DNA of 63,898 nucleotides, the filler included, from Mitosporidium daphniae (lineage: Eukaryota), in the NCBI RefSeq assembly GCF_000760515.2. It is 4 parts of 4 records of this genome, joined end to end, with 100 filler letters (N's around TTAATTAATTAA, not from the genome) between each part and the next. Parts side by side here need not be neighbours in the genome. Positions count along the whole stretch, not along the records: positions 33,614 to 50,198 come from NW_013546724.1; positions 50,299 to 63,898 come from NW_013546708.1; 2 more parts are not named here. One strand, 5' to 3'. Below, in pieces: positions 45,392-55,408 of this stretch. The notes under the pieces were generated by a model. The model searched no databases and was not told where the DNA came from. It saw only the letters and a program-made list of their open reading frames with translations. A program made the translations under genes and the position numbers. Position 1 is the stretch's first letter; the number at the start of each line of letters is the position of its first letter.

Positions 45392-46011
45392 ATGGATTCA
45401 CTCGGTTTTCTTTGGGTTTTTTCTTGAGATTTTATTTGACAGACAAAGTTGGCATGTCCCCGAGAGAGGCATCTGCTACGATTTCTTTTGCAATAGTTGT
45501 TGAAATGCTCTTCTATTTAGCGGGCGCAGCTTTATTAAGGACGCTTGGCGTTTATCCAATGATTGCTTTAGGCCAAATAATAATGGTGGCCAGGTTNTGG
45601 ACGCTGTTTTTTGTGCCATCGTCGTCCAGATATGAAGTATTTGTGTTAATTGAGCTTAGTCTAGGTGTTATTTGCGGGTTGTTTCACCCAGCATGTGTTG
45701 CCCTCGCTAGCAAGTTATCTCTTAAAGGTAAAGAAAGCACCTGCCAAGCAATATTTAACGGCGTATACAATGGGATCGGTGGATTCGCTGCCGGTATTTT
45801 TGGCTCCTACTGCCTTTCCTTAAAAAGCAATATTTTGAATACTTCTCCCTTTCGTTTTATGCTCTTTTTGGTTGCCATTATTTGTTCTGCGTGGTGCTTT
45901 TCTTTCATATTATTGTATCGAAACTGGATTAAAAAATCGCTGAAAAGGGGTAGCGAAAATGACCAGCACATGACTCTTGCTAGACCGGCTGTAAATGCCC
46001 AAAATAAGTAA
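45392..46011 (+). CDS. MFS transporter (MFS_1-like/NupG-related), C-terminal half only; partial gene or pseudogene
   Basis: About six TM helices; IELSLG..GLFHPAC..CQAIFNGVYNGIGGFAAG; preceded by a GCTAAC..CCTAG acceptor; no N-terminal half found. Confidence 0.6.
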
Positions 46012-46260
46012 ATTTAATTTTTGTTTGCTGTAATAGTGATACCGATCGATGACATATGTACCCAATCAAGCAACTGTAACTCTTGCAAGAAAATCTCAAA
46101 AGCCTTTAACGGCGTTTTCATGCGTTTGCTGAAAATCTGATATGCCCTAAATTTCATTTCAGCTTCATAATGACACGTATAAATCGGATAATTAAATGCT
46201 TTTAATGTTTCTTGTAAAAACGCTATTCGCACCAATCAGCTTTGGATTTAATATCCGCTC

Positions 46261-46806
46261 GTGATGAGCATGTTGAATTTTTACATCAGTGATATGCAGG
46301 TACCTTCTCCCCTCATCAAGGCTACATTGATCTGTGTGCTTTTTGTTTTTTTTGGAACCGTTATTATGTATTTTGGCATTTTCAGGGACTCATCCATATC
46401 AACGGCATCTGATGCTTTACAGAATTCACCTCAAAAAGCCTCTTCGGCATCTCCCGCGGCCCTGCTTACGCCAAAGGCCAAAGGATCAACAGGGGCATCT
46501 ACACAGCTCACACAGGCTAATTCGACGGAAATAACTATTCCCGTGTTTTCGCAAGTAGTTGACTTCTTGAACACAAATTTTATGAAATACTGGTCTGAGA
46601 TCACCATCGCCTCAGTATCTGGCATTTCTGGTGCCATAATTCTCGCTCTTTATCAGAGATTTATAAAGAGCTCGCGTGAAGAACATTTTTCAATTTTCAC
46701 GATATTATATTTCTTTTGGATGTTCAAATATTCGTTCCTTTATTTGACGATCTTCTGGACCGTATTAATGCTCGTTTTTAGATTGTTTGCTAAAATTTAC
46801 ATTTAA
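46261..46806 (+). CDS. Hypothetical membrane protein
   Basis: 181-aa ORF with 3-4 hydrophobic segments and a Ser/Thr/Ala-rich loop; family not recognised. Confidence 0.55.
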   Translation: MMSMLNFYISDMQVPSPLIKATLICVLFVFFGTVIMYFGIFRDSSISTASDALQNSPQKASSASPAALLTPKAKGSTGASTQLTQANSTEITIPVFSQVVDFLNTNFMKYWSEITIASVSGISGAIILALYQRFIKSSREEHFSIFTILYFFWMFKYSFLYLTIFWTVLMLVFRLFAKIYI

Positions 46807-47493
46807 TTTGAAAAAAATACTTGATTTTTTCGATTTGGATTTTAGCTCAAACTAAGGAGGATCAAACCTTGGCATCGATGCATGGCATTATTGTTTTGAA
46901 AAGTAAAGCGCTTGAGATTAAATTTCAAAATTTTGTAGCAACTTGTGCATATTTTAATTAGGCCTTTTGAAGTTTAAAAATATGTGCACCAGCAACATTT
47001 AACCCTTCCATCGTTGGAGCAGTTTATTGGGCATATTTTGAAGACTCTTTGGCTGAAATGCGCTGTAGGGCCTTTAAAATTTGTATTCCCTTGAAAAACT
47101 TGGGCCACGCCAAGGTGACCCATAATGCATTAGATCTTGCCATTCTAGCTTTATTAATATTTAATTTCTTTTAACGGCTAAATGAAGCCACTCGAAAGAT
47201 TCTGCTTTCTGTTTTGCATCCATATGAACATCGATCAACAATTTATGGGGCGCTTTATAAAGGAAATATAGCGTCAAGCTGGAAATAAGCACTTCAATAT
47301 CAAAAAATATCACACAAACTCAATTTCTGTAGGAGCATTTGAGACAATTCAACCGCCTAATGCATTCAGGGAGGCAGTTATTGACGCCTTGAACGATTTC
47401 TAGCAGGAGTGAGAGCCAATTTAGACTTAATACCCTCTCAGAACAGCCATATGCTTGGTTAGGGTTGGGCGGAAGCTATGCCGTATCAGATCC

Positions 47494-48060
47494 AGAGATC
47501 CAATGCAGCGATCGTGCGGCCGCTATATGCACATGTGGCATATTTAAATAAAGTTATTGGTGTCAGTTAAAAAAATTTATCGTTGGATCTGACCGCTTTA
47601 TAAAGAGATTTGGTTTCAATGAGGGCATTTGATAAAAATTTCGCTATCCAGTTCGGTTTGGTACGTTTTATGCCGGTCATAGACAATTGGTCGATTGCAA
47701 TAATACTTGAAAGAGTAAACGAGAAGTTTGCACGATGTTCTAAGAAGATCCTTCGTTCTGGGCGGTCTCCTTGTTGAATAAGGGTAGATATCAGCCCAGA
47801 GCACAACAACCTCTACCCAATAAGCGATTGCAGAGCATTTTTGGAGATATCACGACCTGATGGCTAAATTTCCCATTTTTGATTGGCCGATTCAGCAATT
47901 ATTTCGTTTAAGACTCCATTGGATGCAAAATTTCTGGTGCAAAACAGTCTATAAAAAGCTGCTGCTTTTTCACCAAACTTGTCGCCTCAATGAACGCCCA
48001 AAAATTTCTACTTCTCATGGCTTTGATTATCCTTTCCACTCTCGTTTTACCCTCATTACA
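47494..48060 (+). repeat. Duplicated upstream cassette plus signal-peptide region, copy 1
   Basis: Aligns by eye with 49269-49700; has about 150 extra bp (47701-47850); TATAAAA at 47950. Confidence 0.9.
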
Positions 48061-48931
48061 ACATGACTCAAAAAACCAAACCCCCAAAACAGCTTTGAAC
48101 ACTGAAAGATTTGACAAAATTAAAGACAAGATAAATAATATACGATTTAGACTACGTAGTATAAATCCAGAAATAAAAGAACAAACAGCAATAATTCGAG
48201 TTGTTAAAAATCGCATAAATGAGCAAAAATTTGCAGTAGCTGCAGCCTATCTACAAGCTTTACGTGCTCTAAAATATAAACAAGTTGAAGAAAATCGACA
48301 AAATTTACTAACTCAAGTATATGAAGAAAAGAGAAATCTCGAAATGATTTTAATCAGTTTAGAAAATGAAAAAGAGCAAGAACTTGAAGGAAATATAATC
48401 GATAAAATATTTGACCTAAATAAAATATCCCGAGATCTAAAAGATGTAAACACTCTACAAGATAAACAGAATCAACCATTTCTAGAAATTCTACAAATTC
48501 TAAAAATTCTACAAGATCTACAAACTATTAAAACTCAAAGGTATACAACGGCTGCAAACCTGGAAATTTATATATATTGTCTAAAATCTGTAAAAGCTAA
48601 AAAATATAAAGAAGCTCTAGAAATAGTAGGATATCTACAAAATATAGAAGATAAAAAAATTACAGAAGATCTAGAAGGTCTAGAAAAAGATTTAAAAGCC
48701 TTTCCAGAAAAAGAATTACCTCAAGAAGAGTCAAAATCTTTAAACCCGTTGGTTGAAAGAAATAAAAAGGTTCAAGCCGATCTAGAAGAAAAAATTTATA
48801 GCCATATCACTCTTCAACAAAACCTAAAGGGTTCAGAAAGGAAACTAACCGAAGAAGCTCTAAATACTCTAAAAGACTTAAAAAATATTTTAGATGGCAA
48901 ACAAGAAACTCTAAAAAAAATACAAGAATAA
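47990..48931 (+). CDS. Secreted coiled-coil protein, lineage-specific family member 1
   Basis: Signal peptide MNAQKFLLLMALIILSTLVLPSLQ; K/E/L/Q heptad-rich body; very AT-rich; intronless. Confidence 0.75.
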   Translation: MNAQKFLLLMALIILSTLVLPSLQHDSKNQTPKTALNTERFDKIKDKINNIRFRLRSINPEIKEQTAIIRVVKNRINEQKFAVAAAYLQALRALKYKQVEENRQNLLTQVYEEKRNLEMILISLENEKEQELEGNIIDKIFDLNKISRDLKDVNTLQDKQNQPFLEILQILKILQDLQTIKTQRYTTAANLEIYIYCLKSVKAKKYKEALEIVGYLQNIEDKKITEDLEGLEKDLKAFPEKELPQEESKSLNPLVERNKKVQADLEEKIYSHITLQQNLKGSERKLTEEALNTLKDLKNILDGKQETLKKIQE

Positions 48932-48940
48932 TAATTAAAA

Positions 48941-49030
48941 AAAGAAAAAAAGAAGAAACCGAAAAAGAAAAAGAAAAAAAAGAAGAAACCGAAAAAGAAA
49001 AAGAAAAAAAGAAGAAACCGAACAAAAGAA
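48941..49030. repeat. ~30-bp purine-rich tandem repeat x ~3
   Basis: AAAGAAAAAAAGAAGAAACCGAAAAAGAA-type unit repeated after the ORF stop. Confidence 0.85.
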
Positions 49031-49268
49031 AAAAAAATATTAGCCAACGAGGGTGCAGCAAAATGGTTTATTGGACAATAAACTCGATGCATTCAAGATC
49101 CTTAAGCAAGAATCGCCATAAGAACATTGTTGTACTTTACAAGCGTATGCTGGTTGGTGCACAACTGCTTTGATAAGGCGAGACAGCCCTGTCCATGCAC
49201 CAGGCCTCGTATGACGCATGCGAGGCTGGGTCGAATGTACTCTACACTTGGCCCTCTACTTTCCGAAA

Positions 49269-49700
49269 AGAGACCCAATGCAGCGATCGTGTGGCCGCTA
49301 TATGCACATGTGGCATATTTAAATAGGGTTATTTGAATCGGTTAAAAAAATTTATCGTTGAATCTGGCCGCTTTATAAAGAGATTTGGTTTTAACGAGGG
49401 CATTTGATAAAAGTTTTGTTATCCAGTTTGATTTGGTACGTTTTATGCCAGTTAGAGACAATCGATCAATTGCAGACCATTTCTTGAAACCATGACGACC
49501 TGATGGTTAAATTTTCCAGTGTTGATTGACCATTTCAATAATTATTAACTTTAATATTCCTATTGGATGCAAAATTTCTGGTGCAAAACAGTCTATAAAA
49601 AGTTGGTTGCGTTTTCACCAAACTTCTCGCCTCAATGAACGTCCAGAAATGTCTATTTCTCATAGCTTTCATTGTAATTCTGATTATATCCTCGCTACAA
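49269..49700 (+). repeat. Duplicated upstream cassette plus signal-peptide region, copy 2
   Basis: Paralogous to 47494-48060; TATAAAA at 49594. Confidence 0.9.
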
Positions 49701-50105
49701 TTTGAAGATTTTACAACGCAAAATAAGATAGAAACTTTAATAAGAGAAATCAATCAACAAGATTCACCAATTTTACAAGCACTAGAAAATTTGAAAAATG
49801 AAATAGATGAAGCTCTTAAAGCTCTTAAAGCTCCTGAATCAGACTTCGAAGATTTTATTCAAAAAGAAGACTACCAAAAAAAACTAAATAGGCTAACTGA
49901 CTCGCTTAAAAAAGACATCGATTATTTTAAAATTAATTTCGAAAAAAATAGCCCACAGGCTCTAGAGGGTATAAAAAGGATGCTAGAAAAAAAATATAAG
50001 GAAATTCCAGATTTAAAAAAGATTATGGAATCGATAGCATGCAGGCAACAAGAGACTAATCAAAGTATAAAAGATATATTAAATCTGATATTTAAAGCAG
50101 CTTAA
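49635..50105 (+). CDS. Secreted coiled-coil protein, family member 2 (frame stays open past the TAA up to the gap)
   Basis: Signal peptide MNVQKCLFLIAFIVILIISSLQ; coiled-coil composition. Confidence 0.7.
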   Translation: MNVQKCLFLIAFIVILIISSLQFEDFTTQNKIETLIREINQQDSPILQALENLKNEIDEALKALKAPESDFEDFIQKEDYQKKLNRLTDSLKKDIDYFKINFEKNSPQALEGIKRMLEKKYKEIPDLKKIMESIACRQQETNQSIKDILNLIFKAA

Positions 50106-50198
50106 AAAGGTTTAGAACTTCTAAAAGAAGTTGAATCTCTAAAAAATGAATTAACTGATCTATTTACACAAAATAATACAGCAAAAGAAGAATTAGAT

Positions 50199-50298
50199 NN
50201 NNNNNNNNNNNNNNNNNNNNNNNNNNNNNNNNNNNNNNNNNNTTAATTAATTAANNNNNNNNNNNNNNNNNNNNNNNNNNNNNNNNNNNNNNNNNNNN
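50199..50298. other. Assembly spacer N44-TTAATTAATTAA-N44
   Basis: Same artificial linker. Confidence 0.98.
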
Positions 50299-50599
50299 CC
50301 TTTGGCACAACACGCGCCAGATACACACAACGGTGCTCTGCCGAAAGCAAGAAATCCAGCACACAACGACGAGCCGCGCGTCCAACTTTTTTGATGGGCC
50401 CTCTTCATCCTTCCCTGGGGTTACCTTTTCTTTGGCTCTGATATATATGCCTGCTTTCTGTTGGACGAAGCGGATTAGGGAGATGCAGAGCAGAGCTTAT
50501 AAACCAAGAAATCTCGATCATGACAAACAACCGCTTAACCATTTAATAATTTTTGAATATTTTACAAGTGTAGTGACAATTTTTCACCAGCCGCTTCCT

Positions 50600-52970
50600 A
50601 TGTTTGTTCATTTTCCTGAGTGGATATCTCATGGAGGTATTAATATATGCATATATTTACTGATAATTAGAGGGCGAGAGAGAGCAAAGAAAGATCCCAA
50701 TGTTTAGTATCTCTTTCAACTGCACGGGAACTGACCTCGCGACTGGCGGCCTTGATTCTTCAATTAGAATATGGCCCATCACAAAGCCCTTTTCTACGAG
50801 CAAAGAGACTACACGATTAGAGGGCCATTCTGGAAGCGTCTTGTGTGTTAGGTGGAGTCCAATTGACCCCAACCTTTTGGCCTCTTCATCTGATGATTCT
50901 GCCGTCATTATTTGGGGAAAGCGACCTAACAGTTCTACATTTGGCCTCTTACATCGGCTTCTGGACCATTCTCAAGGTAAAAGTGCATTGAGACTCCCTC
51001 TTTTTAGATGTAACTGGGTTGGCCTGGAACGCCTCTGGAACCATCTTGGCTTCTTGCGGTGTCGATAATTTGGTTATTCTCTATGACGCAACGAATAAAT
51101 TCGCCCTATTAACTAAGCTCTCAGAACATGAAGGTATTATTAAAGGCCTTGCATGGGATCCCACTGGACGCCTCTTGGCAGCACATGTACGGATTCCAAA
51201 AATTATCCCTTTTTAGTCAGACCAGGGCTCTGGCGTCATCCTCTGGCGTTCCTCAGATTGGACCATCGAAACAAAGATCACCTGTGAATCTTTCAGCAAA
51301 GCGCCAGACAACGTTTACTATCAGAGACTGTCGTGGTCGCCAGATGGATCGACTATAGCCACGGCAAATGGCGTGCTAACGGCAGCCAAAACCCCTTCAA
51401 TTCTTCCCGTTTCTGTTTTTATCACCAAGGTGAATGAAAATTCATGGATCCATAAAAATTCAAGCACACTTTCATGGAAGCCATCCATGGCTCTGAAGGG
51501 ATTTGTAGAGCCGGTCGAAGTTGTGGTAAGTTCTACTTTGTGCCTTAAATGTAGCAATTTTGCCCTGTGATGTTCAAATCTCCGAATGTGTCATTTTCTG
51601 AATCCAAGGTACTATCTTATTGTGCTGTAGGCAGTCAGGATCATAGCATTTCTGTTTGGAGAACCTCTTTTTCGCAGCCCGTCCTTGTCATCCAGGCTCT
51701 TTTCAAACACTCGGTGATGGATTTATCTTGGTCGTGCGATGGAACAAAAATTGCATGTTGTTCCTATGATGGAACTGTAAGGATTTTGGAGTGGGAAGAT
51801 GGAGAACTTGGTATTCCGCAAGATAGTAGGGTTGGTTTTTCTAAACGTACCCTAGGGATCCTCACTGAAGTTTCTTATGCGCCTCCATTTAATTTATCTA
51901 AAACACTAGCCGCTGGTGCTGGATTTTCCGTACAAAAGAACATAAAGCCTATTATATTAAAGACCAACAATTTGCATACGGACTCACTATCAAAAAGAAG
52001 GCGAATACAACCAACGCTGATTGAATCCTATGATGATATTGAAAGCAAAAACACGCAGGAACAAAATCTCGATCACACTATTTGTTCTACAGGCTCAAGG
52101 GAACAAAAAAAGAATCTCCCCCTGCCCTCTTTGCGGCCGTTTTTAAATTGCGGTCCTAACTATTTTATTGACCAGAAAACCCCATCAATAGTTAAATTAA
52201 TCGGCCCCGATGGATTCTCGCTTTCTTTGCCTGAAAACGTCTCTTTTGCTCTAAAAGTGGCCTCTTACTTTTTCATTTCCTCTTTTGATCATCCCCGTTT
52301 ACATATCTACGATGAAAATGGTGTACAGTAAGTGTATCCATAGTTTTAAGGCACTAGGATGTCCTTGCCGTTGATTTTGGACTCTCAAGTGGTTTTCCTC
52401 TTTGGTGCCAATAGCGGAGACTTTTACCCAGATAGGGTTGGTGCAATAACTTCAAATGGTTCCTTATATCTATGGTATTCTCTACATTTTTATTGTTAGG
52501 GATTTTTGTTTACATCTCACTGGTCCTACCCCACTACCGATGCTTGAGATGATAAAATCTGTTTGTTTTTGTAAAAGTGGACTTCCACTCCTTTCTTTTG
52601 CAAATGGCGAAGAATATATCTTTGATTTGAAGCAAAAATCCTGGCACTCTTATTCTCGTTTACCTAGCTCGGCATTACAAGATTTGGAGTGTTTGAGTAA
52701 CCATTTGTCAGATTTGGAAGTAGGAAGGGTTATCTTTTTTTAGAATGAACTACTGACATGTAAACTTTATGGAGACAAAGATGAATACGGACGGTGTTTG
52801 AGATTGATCATCCAACTCTTATCGAAAGACCCCAAAAGCACAATGAATAAGCTCAAGTTAAAGTCCATTTTCAAGACCCTCTGTCTCGAGAAAGTAATTT
52901 ACTGTTTTGTTATTTTTAGGAACACCATGTGATGAAAGAGCTGCGCCATATCATTCTTGGTATTGAATAA
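50600..52970 (+). CDS. HIR1: Histone chaperone HIRA/Hir1 (multi-exon; 3' end approximate)
   Basis: PEWISHG..MFSI..LATGGLD, KGLAWDPTG, RLSWSPDG, AVGSQDHSISVW..P, B-domain KRRRIQPTL. Confidence 0.9.
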
Positions 52971-53043
52971 TGGTTTATTTTTAGATATTGACTCCGAGCT
53001 ATGCAAATTACCAGAACTCGAGCCACAATAAAAGATATCGTGC

Positions 53044-53657
53044 TTATTTGAGTTTCTTCCTAGTATACGGTTTCCTAGTAAGTGTCATATCATCTACACC
53101 AATTGCTTCGAGATCTTGGTTTGAAAGATACGTATCTAAAAGTGTTGTATCTTTTGAAAATCCTTGGTAAATACTGTGCTTCTCGTTTTGGGCCATTTTG
53201 GCGATTACTCTACAAAGCAAGTTCGGGGCTTTTATCTTGCGAATGGCCTTGATAGCTTCTATTGGCGGGGAAACATCGGGATCGGAGCCGCTGAAAAAAT
53301 CAGCAGGAGAAAGTGTATTTTTATTCCCAGGAGGAGCCTTCGGAGTCAAATGGCTCACATATGGCGTTAACTTTGGATTAGAAAAAATCATGTACTTGAA
53401 AGCTTGTCAAGTCTGGCACAATGTATTTCCTTATTTTCGCTTGGTCGGCATGGAAAAACCCCCATTTGTCGATTTTGCCCATTTTCCCATTGTTTTTCCC
53501 TAGAAATAAGTGTCTGATATATCGTACCTTTGTAGTAATCCTTATTGCCGCTCTTCGAATTTAAGGGAAGCCTCCTGTTCCAACCTCCAGCATAGAACCT
53601 AAGATGATGGCGATTGAGAAATTATTGAGAGTACCTTTTGCAAGCAGGGGAGAACAT
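53044..53657 (-). CDS. MRPL41: Mitochondrial ribosomal protein mL41 (yeast MRPL27), 4 exons
   Basis: Spliced RLPLNSKSGNKDYYKG..GKMG..KIRKYIVPDLTSFK|LTPYVS. Confidence 0.85.
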
Positions 53658-53707
53658 GAACACGCAGCGGTGTAATTTTAAAATTCAAATAAAAAGTACA
53701 ATTTTTG

Positions 53708-55159
53708 ATGTCCTTTCCCATTCGCCATCTTCTTTCCCTCCAGACAATCAGGCATGCCGGAACTAGAAGCAGGTCAAAATACGATACCATCCGTCTACAT
53801 TGCATGAGAAATGCTAAAATTGGCGGCTTTTTTATTTGTGAGCCACTAACCCTGTCTAATTTGTTCCGATCTCCTCGTAGCCACAAATCAAGGAAAAGAT
53901 ATCGAGGAGATGGAACCGGGTCTAGGTTAAATGGACGTGGTTCCAAGGGGCAAAAGTCACGGTCTGGTCCTGGAATTCCGCGTGGATTTGAAGGAGGACA
54001 GACCGAATTACGATTCAGATTTCCAAAAAAGTCTGCCGAAATTAAAAGCATGGAAAGGGCGTATGAGGGGTATGGCCGGATCCATCTTGACCAAATCCAA
54101 AGATGGCTTGACATTGGACGTTTGGACGGCTCAAAGCCACTAACGCTGTCTTCATTCTATGATGCCGGGTTAACATCCATCAGAAGAGGGTTGCTCATCA
54201 CCGATGGCGGTTGTGAACACTTTACCCATATTGTCCATATTGAAGCAACAGAATTTACACCAGAAGCCATTGGGCGGATTGAGGAATTAGGAGGAAAGGC
54301 AATAGCCGTTTACCACTCGCGAGAAGACATCAAAGTTTTAACGCGTCCAGAGTTTTACTTTTTCACCGAAGCTAGGAAATGGGTTTTATTCAAAAAGTAT
54401 GCTGGGCAGCTATCTTCTTATCTTGTTTCCAGGAATCTTCCCGGACATTCTGTTGAGGCACTTAAGAATCGGCTTACGGAGAGGGAGTTTCATAACTTTG
54501 TGATGAATGCTAACTTTGAAGCTGGGCGGGTCCTTAAGAGAAGAAACATGGTACGCTTCTCCCTGTTTGATGTGTTTGGAGATCTTATCAAAGGAGAGAG
54601 AGGGATAAAGAAAACCCAAACCAGGGAAAGCATTAGGGCTATACTGAAAGGCCAGCCCGAGTCACTAGCATCCGCACTTATTCGTGGATTTCTTCCTCCC
54701 TTCTCATCGCCAAAAGAATATAAAGATATTCTTTTCTATACGTCTGACGAAAAGAGAGGCTATCTCAGCAACCATGTTTTGACATCTGTTCTTTCAAATA
54801 AGCATTCAGAGTTCTCTTCTCAAATTTACCCTGGATTGAAATATTGGATTGAAAAGAACTATATTGTATTTACTAGAGATCAGGAACAATACGACCTGGT
54901 TGTTGGCCATTTTCGGTGGGAAAATGCCAGACTCAAAGCTATTAAAACACAACAGGAAGAAACGGCAAAGGAAACGGCAAAAAGAGATCGAATACTGGCC
55001 ATTCTTCAGGAAAAGGGTCTAAAACTCGATGTTCCTCGGTTTGTCGGTCCCAAGGAACCATGGAGAATTAGGAAGGAGGGATCTGGAGAGGTTGTTCTCT
55101 TGCCAATAGACTACGACCCATCCTCCGCACATCCCACACAAGAAGCCAACGCACTTTAA
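53708..55159 (+). CDS. MRPL15: Mitochondrial ribosomal protein uL15m with a long extension
   Basis: GRGSKGQKSR..GFEGGQT..RFPK; IQRWLDIGRLD; AIGRIEELGG. Confidence 0.9.
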   Translation: MSFPIRHLLSLQTIRHAGTRSRSKYDTIRLHCMRNAKIGGFFICEPLTLSNLFRSPRSHKSRKRYRGDGTGSRLNGRGSKGQKSRSGPGIPRGFEGGQTELRFRFPKKSAEIKSMERAYEGYGRIHLDQIQRWLDIGRLDGSKPLTLSSFYDAGLTSIRRGLLITDGGCEHFTHIVHIEATEFTPEAIGRIEELGGKAIAVYHSREDIKVLTRPEFYFFTEARKWVLFKKYAGQLSSYLVSRNLPGHSVEALKNRLTEREFHNFVMNANFEAGRVLKRRNMVRFSLFDVFGDLIKGERGIKKTQTRESIRAILKGQPESLASALIRGFLPPFSSPKEYKDILFYTSDEKRGYLSNHVLTSVLSNKHSEFSSQIYPGLKYWIEKNYIVFTRDQEQYDLVVGHFRWENARLKAIKTQQEETAKETAKRDRILAILQEKGLKLDVPRFVGPKEPWRIRKEGSGEVVLLPIDYDPSSAHPTQEANAL

Positions 55160-55408
55160 CACGATTTTGGCTGCTTTAAGATTAATAAACTATCTAAAGC
55201 TGTCCGTCAGCAACACACGACATATTTGAAACCCCGCTCAAAAGTACGACTAGATGCGCGATCTGAGAAAAATTTTCCACAAGCTTCTCTTTTACTGATC
55301 ACAACGTCGTTGATGGGGAGGGATCTCGGACGAAATGTGATCCATCTTGGATGCTTTCTAGTCTTCGTTGATGACTAGAACAATTTTACGAGATCCATCT
55401 TAAAAGGG

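Noticed and set aside
48807..49092. Phe-rich minus-strand ORFs as membrane proteins
   Set aside because: They are antisense readings of the A-rich repeat.
47494..49700. LTRs of a retrotransposon
   Set aside because: No TG..CA ends, target-site duplication or gag/pol seen; similarity extends into the signal-peptide codons, indicating gene duplication.
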